From: a virus
Taxonomy: Duplodnaviria; Caudoviricetes
Direction: 5' to 3' (one strand)
Length of the DNA: 59,327 nucleotides
Virus record (IMG/VR): IMGVR_UViG_3300046051_000014
Span: 1 to 59,327 of that record
Made by a program: the position numbers and the translations under genes. This document shows positions 49,834 through 58,036 of the stretch, one piece after another. Numbering within the stretch: the first letter of the stretch is position 1; each line of letters opens with the position of its first letter. The notes below the pieces were generated by a model, which saw nothing but the letters and a program-made list of their open reading frames with translations, ran no database searches and had not been told where the DNA came from.

Positions 49834-50169
49834 GTGAGTGAGCACGACCCTGGCGGTCACGACCCTCGCTGTCACGGTCCTGTTTATCCGAGCCCCTGGT
49901 TCTCGGTTATCACTATCGAGATAACTGACGACCAAGGGCCTGCCACCCACGACCCTTACCTTTTTCAAGCACGGTACCCTTTGACAGGTATGCCCGACGT
50001 GGAGCTACGGAAGGGTGAGCACTTCGACCTCCTCACCTTGAAGGACAACCGTAGGGCAACCATCGCCCTGACCGAGGATCAGATGTATCGCCTCGTGGAG
50101 ACCCTTCAAGAGCCCGAGTATCCTGGGGAGCCACCCGAGACCGAGGATGACGACAGTGATGCGTGGTAG
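49834..50169 (+). CDS. Hypothetical protein
   Basis: 111-aa ORF; start uncertain. Confidence 0.5.
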   Translation: MSEHDPGGHDPRCHGPVYPSPWFSVITIEITDDQGPATHDPYLFQARYPLTGMPDVELRKGEHFDLLTLKDNRRATIALTEDQMYRLVETLQEPEYPGEPPETEDDDSDAW

Positions 50170-50171
50170 TA

Positions 50172-50432
50172 ATGTCGCACAAGGGCCACATTTATTGTAT
50201 CAGTTGTCAGGACACCTTCGACCAGGACGCTGATGAACACGCTCGTGAGCGCCACGGCTCTCTACATGCGAGCCTACCTGAGATCAGTCACGTCCGTCGT
50301 GGGCACTACATCGCCAGCCACGACTCCGTGTGCACGGTGAGGTGCAATTGGGGGTACCTGCATGATGGCATCACCATCTGTCATCGGTGTCACGCTCTGA
50401 GAGTACCACACCAGGTGGCCGACCCACGATGA
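50172..50432 (+). CDS. Cys/His-rich protein, paralogue 1
   Basis: YCxxC..H..H..SLPxI..C..C..GYL..CxxC..VP..VADPR. Confidence 0.7.
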   Translation: MSHKGHIYCISCQDTFDQDADEHARERHGSLHASLPEISHVRRGHYIASHDSVCTVRCNWGYLHDGITICHRCHALRVPHQVADPR

Positions 50433-50698
50433 TGTGGTACAAATACGGCTACTGTACTCAGTGTCGTGAACTGGTCGGGCTCTCGGAAACCGAGCACTCC
50501 CAGGAGGCGCACGACCGTGAACACGTTAGTCTGCCACGTATCAATAACATCAGGGGAGGCCAATACGTGGCGGAGTATGACTACGCATGTATAACGGAGT
50601 GCGACTTCGGCTATCTAAACGGCCACCACATGTGTGTCGACTGCGGGGCCGTAGCGGTACCCAGGGCCGTGGCTGATCCACGAGACCACAAGGACTAA
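50429..50698 (+). CDS. Cys/His-rich protein, paralogue 2
   Basis: Same pattern as the upstream gene. Confidence 0.7.
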   Translation: MMWYKYGYCTQCRELVGLSETEHSQEAHDREHVSLPRINNIRGGQYVAEYDYACITECDFGYLNGHHMCVDCGAVAVPRAVADPRDHKD

Positions 50699-50722
50699 TA
50701 CAGTCCTCCACGTTACACAACC

Positions 50723-51049
50723 ATGGTCATCAATCGAAACACGCGCTCAGATGGCAAGACTCTGGAGGTGTGTCGACCCGAGGAAAAGTACAGTCCCTTG
50801 CTGATCCTCGAACGCGACGAGGACGGTCGCACACGCGATAAGATCGTGGTCGGACACGAGGAGATCGGCCTCGTGCAAGCCACGATCCAGGGTGAACCAG
50901 TGTTCTCGACCCAGGAGGAGTCGTCATACCTTACTGAAGACTGCGAGAACTGTGAGGGTGTCTCGGCCACGGCTACTGTCGCAGGCATGGACCTGTGCTC
51001 AACGTGCGCGGTAGCGGCAAAGAGGCGCGCCAGAGAGGTGTTTGAATGA
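50723..51049 (+). CDS. Hypothetical protein with C-terminal Zn finger
   Basis: CENC..LCSTC. Confidence 0.6.
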   Translation: MVINRNTRSDGKTLEVCRPEEKYSPLLILERDEDGRTRDKIVVGHEEIGLVQATIQGEPVFSTQEESSYLTEDCENCEGVSATATVAGMDLCSTCAVAAKRRAREVFE

Positions 51050-51234
51050 CGTCCAATGTCCGTGACCAGGACACTGTAGGCGACACGACCGTGACGCTGC
51101 ACGATGATTACTCGGTGTTCATCGAGAGGGGCGAAAGCACGGACGCTTACAAGTACCACACCGTCTCGCTCACGACCCAGGAGGCCAGGGTAGTGTTCGA
51201 CATGTTTCTGGATGATTTGCAGGATCATGAATAG
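51046..51234 (+). CDS. Hypothetical protein
   Basis: ATGA-coupled. Confidence 0.5.
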   Translation: MTSNVRDQDTVGDTTVTLHDDYSVFIERGESTDAYKYHTVSLTTQEARVVFDMFLDDLQDHE

Positions 51235-51406
51235 CGAGGCCGCTATTGCGGTGCCGCTGTTGCACGTTCTTGGAGTGGGCTGCATAGCCCTGGGTGCCAG
51301 TTTCGTGGTCGCCTCACTGTTCCTGGGCGAATCAGCGTGGTTGCTCGGCGGAATGGGCCTCTGGTTTACAGGTATGATGGCTCTCGGGACCCCGAGGACA
51401 CACTGA
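51227..51406 (+). CDS. Small membrane protein
   Basis: Two hydrophobic helices. Confidence 0.55.
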   Translation: MNSEAAIAVPLLHVLGVGCIALGASFVVASLFLGESAWLLGGMGLWFTGMMALGTPRTH

Positions 51407-51408
51407 CC

Positions 51409-51550
51409 TGTTACCCACGTCCGTGGCGGTCACGTTCCTGTTTTGACAGTAACCTGCACCTTCAGGGTGCTGTCTCGACACGGACCCAGGGCCACTGACC
51501 GAATCTCCACCCTGGGCGTTCCAGGTTAGTCGTATAGCAAGAACTTTACT
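51409..51550 (+). repeat. Family D direct repeat, copy 1
   Basis: First 49 nt match 51999-52047 with 4 mismatches; weaker similarity beyond. Confidence 0.85.
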
Positions 51551-51571
51551 GCTCGGCGACGTGCCTCTTGT

Positions 51572-51769
51572 ATGGACGAGAATCGGGAACAACTCGCTGC
51601 CGCCTTCGATAACAGTGGTTGTGTGTTGTGCAAGAAAGGCCCAGTGCAGGGAATACGTAGGTGCCCCGAATGTGACGAGCTACTGACTGCCTCTTCGACA
51701 GCAAACCTGGTACGTGTCTTACACAAGCACCTGGGGGAGGCACACCCTGATGTGGCCTACAGATACTAA
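51572..51769 (+). CDS. Small Zn-finger protein
   Basis: CVLC, CPEC, H..HP. Confidence 0.55.
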   Translation: MDENREQLAAAFDNSGCVLCKKGPVQGIRRCPECDELLTASSTANLVRVLHKHLGEAHPDVAYRY

Positions 51770-51968
51770 CAAGTCGAACTACACGCTGTTGATTGTCTTC
51801 GCAGCGATTGCTTATACTGCCACTGTCGTAGGTGCGATAGCTCTGATTGGCTCACTCTTCGCGGATAGTGAGAGCCTCCTGATGATCGGGGTGTGGTTGG
51901 TTCTTGGTGGCTTGCTTGGCATCGAGGCATGGGTACTTGCTCTCTTGTACGATCGGCTAACTGACTGA
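51750..51968 (+). CDS. Small membrane protein
   Basis: Two hydrophobic helices. Confidence 0.55.
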   Translation: MWPTDTNKSNYTLLIVFAAIAYTATVVGAIALIGSLFADSESLLMIGVWLVLGGLLGIEAWVLALLYDRLTD

Positions 51969-51998
51969 AAAGCACGTACCTGTTGTGGATTAGGCTCA

Positions 51999-52150
51999 TG
52001 TTATCCACATCCGTGGCGGTCACGTTCTTGTATTGACAGTAACCTGCGTCTCCACGGCGCTGCGTACCCAGGGTCGTGACCGCCCATGACCTTGTTGAAT
52101 CTCAGCCCTACCCTTTCCAGATTAGCTCCATAGGCACGAACTTAACTCCT
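51999..52150 (+). repeat. Family D direct repeat, copy 2
   Basis: See 51409. Confidence 0.85.
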
Positions 52151-53670
52151 ATGCACCCGCCTGAGATTCCGCCCTACCCCTCCGAGATTAGCCTCAAACA
52201 CAGGTGCCTCTCGATTTGAAAGTAGCTGACTCCCAGAGACAAATGCTCACGAGATCGTGGCGGGACCACCGTGAATCTTGACACGAACCTGAACAACAGG
52301 AGCGTGCCTTTCGAGGCAGTTTCCGAGGCGGGTTCGTCTGGCCTTCGAGCGAATCCGTGCGGAGTCACAAACGAATCTCGACAGAGCCGTGGCGGGACCA
52401 CCTCGGGACTTACGCCCCTTCGGGTTCCGATCCTCCTGACGACGAATCGGATACCCATGACACTGCGACACGAACTTGCCTCGACTGTATCGTAAATACG
52501 AACTGAACTTCAAAGGATTCGGGCTCATGTTACAATCGGGTTCGTGTGGAGGCACGGTGGTGCTCGCTTCAGGTCGCTGTTGACTCGTGGCGAGGGGAAA
52601 GTGAAACGCAGGAGCTTGGGTGGGTAAGATGGTGGGGTCACGTCTTTGCGATATTTTCAGAGCCCCCTGAGCCCGCAACGAACCTGATTTGCGGCATGTC
52701 ACACGCGACGCCCGTGTGCGTGGATGTCCCTGGTCGGCCAAAATCGTTTATTAGAGCCCCCCACCCCTGGTGGTGTCAGGACCCTACTTACCGAGATCGC
52801 CAAAAATGCTTATTAGAGCCCCCCACCCGTCACCCTCTTGGATCGGGTCACGACCTCGGGACTCGCGCCCCTTCGGCTTCCGACACGCTTCACGGGTCGG
52901 GAAACCCTGATTACCCACGTGCATGTTGGCGACCTCACAGATGCCTCGTGTGCATACGAGCATGACAAAAAGAGAGGTGCTTGTATCAAGCAGGTAGTTG
53001 CCGTGAAACGAACCTGATGCGTGTGACGTATCTGGCGGTCCGCCGAGATACGTGGTGTGCATAGGTTCGTGCATACCAGCTACTTACGGCTACAGGCACT
53101 AAAGGTGCATGATGTCCGCAAGTAGCTGGTAACAAAGCCGTAAGTACCCCGCACGTATTCGTAACAAGGTCTCACCCGCGTAAGGGGTAACCTTCACGTG
53201 TTCATGAACTTTCTTACACGGCCACGATTCACGACACAAAAGTCCGAAAGAAAGTCCGTGGGGCGCGGAGGCGTAAGTAAATCACAACCGTGCGGCAACC
53301 AGATGTAACAAGCTGGCACGTACATGTAAGTACCACGCACCTACTCGGTACGTGCCTGTCACCAAATGCAGGTACGTGTCAAAAACCCTTATCTGTTAAT
53401 CGGGCGTCCGTATAGACACGTCGGCGAAGACGGCTCCGCCAGACCTCGCCGATTGAAGACAATCGCCAAGGAACGATCATACGAGGTCTAACAGGCCGCC
53501 ATTGCACGCCCGTGGTGCGCACGAGTGGTTTCGTGCCATACACTGTTCATCCTCAAAACGTGTAGCAGGCAGTAACGTGTCTGGGACGCCTACCGTCTTA
53601 GAACGACAACCGATTAACTAATTGAGTAGTGAAACAAGGACGGTGCGGAGAGACGCACGTGATACAACAC
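52150..53670. other. Long non-coding region (candidate origin or genome-end region)
   Basis: No acidic ORFs; direct repeats at 52256/52388 and 52748/52810; GTAA cluster and inverted repeats at 53074-53330. Confidence 0.55.
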
Positions 53671-53671
53671 T

Positions 53672-53887
53672 ATGGTTGATACCTTCGACCGAGTTCCGAG
53701 CGACGAGCGACCAGATGCACAGATAACCAGTCCCGTGGTACCCGATCAGGTGCTACAGCGGGCGATAACCCTGCGATACGGTGCGTGTCCGTTTTGCGAG
53801 GCACGACAGTTCTACGGCGTGCGCGAGGGCTGGAATAGCGAGAAGGACTGTGAATCGTGCGGGCGGATCGTGGACGTGATAGGATGA
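53672..53887 (+). CDS. Zn-ribbon protein
   Basis: CPFC..CESC. Confidence 0.6.
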   Translation: MVDTFDRVPSDERPDAQITSPVVPDQVLQRAITLRYGACPFCEARQFYGVREGWNSEKDCESCGRIVDVIG

Positions 53888-54132
53888 ACGACACCAACGA
53901 CACCAACGACGACACGACCGAGGCGAACAGTACCGTACACGACCTTTCGACCGAGCGACCCGAGGATTCGCCGACCGTGACCGTGCGTCTAAGCAGGAAC
54001 CAGATGCTCACCGTCACGAACAGCCTCGGCAGTGAGGCGATCGAGGCCCGTAACGACGACCGCGACGCGACCTTTGAAGCGGTCTGGGGGCTTCGGGACG
54101 ACCTGAAAGAGGCGCTGGAGGCGGAGCTATGA
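53884..54132 (+). CDS. Hypothetical protein
   Basis: ATGA-coupled. Confidence 0.55.
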   Translation: MNDTNDTNDDTTEANSTVHDLSTERPEDSPTVTVRLSRNQMLTVTNSLGSEAIEARNDDRDATFEAVWGLRDDLKEALEAEL

Positions 54133-54791
54133 GACACGCCCCTTCAGTCCGAACACACACCTTCGAGTACGACCCCGACGAACACGGTAGTGGGTGTCAC
54201 CTCTTGGACGCCCGCAACTACCGTGACGCCACGACCGAGGAACTGAAAGAGGCCGTCGGTAGCTGGTACCTGGCGGCCGAACACCGTGACGACCAAGAAG
54301 TCCGTGACGCCTATGATGCAATCGTGGCGATCAACGAACGACGCTTCCAAGAGGTCATCGAAGACGTGGACGTGATATTCACGACCGAGGACCCTTACGC
54401 CGATTACACGGCCATGCGGGTTGACATCGAACGCGGTGTCATGAAGGTGTTTGCGGGCGGTAGTCACCCCGAACACATGACCCCGAGTGAGAACGTGGTC
54501 GGCCGTGCGGTGCATGATTACCTCGGCCACTACGCGATCAACCGAGGCTTCGACCTCTACGGCGAGGTCGCCAAATGGAAGCACGTGCGACACCGCTACC
54601 CCGATACAGCACAACGGTTGCTGTTTACCGAGGTGGTCGGGCAATTGTGTGCCGCCCACGTCGTGGGAGGGTTCGACAGTCCCGACTTCCAGCAGAAGGC
54701 GATCGTTGCACCCGACTGTGTGATAGAAGCCGTGCGCGAGCACTGCCATGCGAATGACCCCGAGCGATTCAACGACGAGGAACAACGATGA
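54129..54791 (+). CDS. Zincin-like protein with RAVHDxxGH motif
   Basis: NVVGRAVHDYLGH..FDLYGE..LFTEVVGQ. Confidence 0.6.
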   Translation: MRHAPSVRTHTFEYDPDEHGSGCHLLDARNYRDATTEELKEAVGSWYLAAEHRDDQEVRDAYDAIVAINERRFQEVIEDVDVIFTTEDPYADYTAMRVDIERGVMKVFAGGSHPEHMTPSENVVGRAVHDYLGHYAINRGFDLYGEVAKWKHVRHRYPDTAQRLLFTEVVGQLCAAHVVGGFDSPDFQQKAIVAPDCVIEAVREHCHANDPERFNDEEQR

Positions 54792-54973
54792 ACGAACCAA
54801 TAGGCTACGCACTGTTCGATGAACCGAGGAACAGGTTTCTGACTGACCGCGACCATGAGAAGGCACAAATCTGGGCGCACCCGCACGAGGCACGTTCGTA
54901 CCGCGACACGCTACCCACGAACGTGGCGAACAGGTGTGTGCTTGTTCAGGTGCAGGCACAGGAGCAATCATGA
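54788..54973 (+). CDS. Hypothetical protein
   Basis: ATGA-coupled on both sides. Confidence 0.5.
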   Translation: MNEPIGYALFDEPRNRFLTDRDHEKAQIWAHPHEARSYRDTLPTNVANRCVLVQVQAQEQS

Positions 54974-55689
54974 GCGACACGAACGACAAGCAACGACAAC
55001 GGTGCTTAGACGGCAGCCTCGTGCCGACCACTCCCCGCGAGTGGTGGCGCAAACACAAGGCCGAATACGAGGATCACTGGCGGCAAGTGCGTGAGGCCCG
55101 CTCGGTCCTACTCGGCGGGCCGATCTGGGCCGCAGCCATGAACCTGAAACGAGTGTACGTATTCGCCGTCATGAGCCAACAGACGAAGACCGAGGTCGCC
55201 GAGCGCGGGTTCGTGGAATACGTCGAAGGCGTGCCGCTACGGCGGGCCTTTGAAGGCTGCGTCTACGCCGATATGCACAGCCAGTGGATCGAAGACGGTC
55301 TTGAGAACCACGCTTTCGAGGATTTGGTCGCCGAGGTCCGTTACGCGACCAAGGACGACGCGGTGGACACAGCACCATACGCTATCGGGAGGTTGACCGA
55401 TCTCAAGGGCCTGTCCTATCGCAAGGCAGGATTCACGCTGGCAATGTGTGGACTCTACGAAGCGATGTGTATTGACCGCAACGTGTCGTACGTGGTCGAT
55501 ACCAAAGACGACAAGGATGATTGGTCGAACGCACGTGATTACGTAGCTTCGTGCGAGGATGTTCAAGAAGCCGCCCAACTACAGGTGCTTGAGCCCTTTG
55601 AAGCACAGTGGGCGATCTTCGACTTCTCACGGGATACCGTGACGAGTCACGAGGTCGTTTTCGAGAACCTGATATTGGACCCCAGATAG
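54970..55689 (+). CDS. HhH-GPD superfamily DNA glycosylase-like protein (Ogg/EndoIII-like)
   Basis: FAVMSQQT, LKGLSYRKAGF (HhH Lys), CIDRNV (Asp). Confidence 0.7.
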   Translation: MSDTNDKQRQRCLDGSLVPTTPREWWRKHKAEYEDHWRQVREARSVLLGGPIWAAAMNLKRVYVFAVMSQQTKTEVAERGFVEYVEGVPLRRAFEGCVYADMHSQWIEDGLENHAFEDLVAEVRYATKDDAVDTAPYAIGRLTDLKGLSYRKAGFTLAMCGLYEAMCIDRNVSYVVDTKDDKDDWSNARDYVASCEDVQEAAQLQVLEPFEAQWAIFDFSRDTVTSHEVVFENLILDPR

Positions 55690-55808
55690 GGGTCCGTATC
55701 AGGGGCCCGTCGAGATTAGCCATCAAATCGGCGGGTACCACGTGCGTTGTGTGGGGCTGCACTTGCGCGCAACAAGGCGGGCCCCTGCCTCGGACACGCT
55801 CTTCGATT

Positions 55809-56276
55809 TTATTTACCTATGAGACCCAACAATTTGCTCCAAACACGCTCCTGACACTTCTCGGCTCTGATGAAGCATGATTCCACCGTCTCGTTGTAAT
55901 CGTGAGAGACGTGATGCAGCCTCACCCGCGTTCTCGAAAGTAGGTCCAGGACTCCACGGCGAACTTCATGCGACAGGTACCCGACATGGTACCACTCGCC
56001 GAGAACATCCACGACCCTGACTCGACCGATCTTGTTACCCGCACTGCCCCAGTCCATATGCGTGCCAGTAATCCCGATCTCCAGATACGTGCCACGTACA
56101 TCCTCTGCGTTGTACTCCCAGTAGTCCATGAGCCACAGACCTGCCTTGTCGGTGGCCTGCTTCGCCACTTCCATGGCGACGAGCGGGAGGCTGAGAACCA
56201 GAGCGGCGTCTCTCTTCAGAACTCTGACAACCGCCAGGACGCCGTATGTCTTTAGGGCCTTGCGAAGTAGGCTCAT
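55809..56276 (-). CDS. Hypothetical protein
   Basis: ATGA-coupled to the upstream minus-strand ORF. Confidence 0.5.
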   Translation of the reverse strand: MSLLRKALKTYGVLAVVRVLKRDAALVLSLPLVAMEVAKQATDKAGLWLMDYWEYNAEDVRGTYLEIGITGTHMDWGSAGNKIGRVRVVDVLGEWYHVGYLSHEVRRGVLDLLSRTRVRLHHVSHDYNETVESCFIRAEKCQERVWSKLLGLIGK

Positions 56277-56578
56277 TCTTGGACACCTCTCTGGTCAACA
56301 CGCCGCTCCACACGGTCGCGGGCACCATCTTGGGCCCCAGGACCCTGTTGACCAGATTCGTTGCCGCCATGAACCTGCACATCACGGTCTTGCGAGGAGC
56401 ACGATGGTCCCGCCTCGTCCTTCGGCCCTTTGCCCCCGTCAGGTCGGTGCCGCCTAATGAGGTAAAACGACACAAGCCAGACGATCACGAAGCCGAGGAC
56501 AGGGTTGTAGCCGATCCACACGAGCGTGAACATCACGATTGTGAACACCGTCACGAACAGGGTAAGCAAGGACGTCAT
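56273..56578 (-). CDS. Small membrane protein
   Basis: Two N-terminal hydrophobic helices. Confidence 0.55.
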   Translation of the reverse strand: MTSLLTLFVTVFTIVMFTLVWIGYNPVLGFVIVWLVSFYLIRRHRPDGGKGPKDEAGPSCSSQDRDVQVHGGNESGQQGPGAQDGARDRVERRVDQRGVQE

Positions 56579-56609
56579 TGCTCTGACACTCCCGCCACGA
56601 CCGTGTTAC

Positions 56610-56729
56610 TCATTGGTGTGGCCCCCGCCACGGTCTTCCGTACTCAGTGTGCTGCATCACCCATACCGTGTAGGCGATCAGGCCCAGGGCCGTGAGTCCC
56701 CACAACACGAGCAGTGCTTCGAGCAGCAT
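56610..56729 (-). CDS. 39-aa membrane peptide
   Basis: MLLEALLVLWGLTALGLIAYTVWV; ATG at 56729. Confidence 0.45.
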   Translation of the reverse strand: MLLEALLVLWGLTALGLIAYTVWVMQHTEYGRPWRGPHQ

Positions 56730-56780
56730 ACTCTCCGTTGCAGGTCCGTGGGTATCAGTGTTGTGGTCATCTCGGAGTGC

Positions 56781-56997
56781 TGGCGCGCACTGTCTCGCGC
56801 AAGCCCCTATCCCGTAGAGGGCGACGGGATTGGAACCACTCTTCACTGACTCCCGCAAACAAACCTCGAAAGCATACCCACTTACAGCAACAGCCTACTG
56901 TTGTAAAAGACTTGTGCTTCACTCCATTGTGAATCAGTAGGGTACTGCGACTACCGTGCATTGCTGCACAATGGTGTAATATTATAAGAGTTTGTCA
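56781..56997 (-). repeat. Family A element, copy 4
   Basis: Reverse complement aligns with 20386-20602, including the distal TGCGCGAGACAGTGCGCGCCA. Confidence 0.95.
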
Positions 56998-57044
56998 TGG
57001 TGCCCGCTACGGTCGGTGGGCGAGCCAGTTGGCTGGTCCGAGCC

Positions 57045-57200
57045 ACGGGCGTGTGGCCCAGGTTTGTGCTCATGGACACAGGAGCCTGCTTTAGCGGACG
57101 CTCATGGCCCTTGAGAGGAACGTGAGGGTCATCGGACGTGGCTTACTCAGTGGTGTTGAGAGGCGCGAGGTTGCGTTCTAAGAAGGAGGCGGTGCCGTCG
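57045..57200 (-). repeat. Family B element
   Basis: Reverse complement contains CAACCTCGCGCCTCTCA..CACTGAG..GTCCGATGACCCTCAC..TCTCAAGGGCCATGAGCGTCCGCT. Confidence 0.85.
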
Positions 57201-57338
57201 GGCGGTTCGTGGTGGAGCGGGGCTGTTTGCGGGCTCCTTTAAAACGGATGGGAGCGGGGGTCCGCCACTGTGGGGCCATCCAGTGTATTATCGACAGACA
57301 TAATAGTGTCCATACCGTATCTTTCGACACGTCTTGCT

Positions 57339-57851
57339 ATGAAAGATAGCGACCGATTAGACGACACTGAAGGGAACGGCGCTGCTTCGGAACTGGATGA
57401 CATTAAAACGCGGGACGAGTTCGTGACGACTGTTGACGCTACAGAGGCAGCGTCTCGCTTCTACCATAAGGACATCGACGCTTTGGACGTTTCTGAGCAA
57501 AAGAAGGCTCTGTATCGGCGCATACTTCGCTGGAATGAGGACCACTTTAGTGGCTATCGTAAGAGCCTGGAGGACGCGGAGAACAACGTCGTAAGGGCCA
57601 GGACGCTTTGTTCTCAGTTGGATGTGACTGACCACCAGCGTGATAGGGTGCTACACCTTATGGACGAGAAGGCCTCTATTCAGGGCTCCCACGGGGTTGC
57701 AGACACGGCTCTGGCTATTATCAGCCTTGTGTTAAACGAGGACGGTCGGCATGTGCAACGCGAGGACCACTTCAAGACCCTCATGGAGGACCTGGGCCTG
57801 ACTCACCCCGAGCTACACGGTCTTCGGAAGGAGAACCGTGAGCATTTATAA
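57339..57851 (+). CDS. TFB-like (cyclin-fold) putative transcription factor
   Basis: LYRRILRWN linker then RTLCSQLDVTDHQRDRVLHL..ALAIISLV, resembling the first TFB cyclin repeat; no Zn ribbon. Confidence 0.5.
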   Translation: MKDSDRLDDTEGNGAASELDDIKTRDEFVTTVDATEAASRFYHKDIDALDVSEQKKALYRRILRWNEDHFSGYRKSLEDAENNVVRARTLCSQLDVTDHQRDRVLHLMDEKASIQGSHGVADTALAIISLVLNEDGRHVQREDHFKTLMEDLGLTHPELHGLRKENREHL

Positions 57852-58036
57852 GGCTCAACTCCACAGCTACGTGCATGAGGCGAGAGAGGTCCACAGGCCA
57901 GTGACCTCTTTTCAGGGTGTTGGCTTGCTTTCGCCTCCCCGTAAAGGATGGACACCTTTGCGGGACGCCCTCCTTCAATGCAGGGCATGGCGAAACCCTC
58001 TGACCACACCGTTTTACGCTACTTTAATACACGACA

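Noticed and set aside
52174-53074. Several 74-164 aa ORFs in the non-coding region
   Set aside because: Basic, Pro/Arg-rich, mutually overlapping, lacking the genome's acidic codon pattern.
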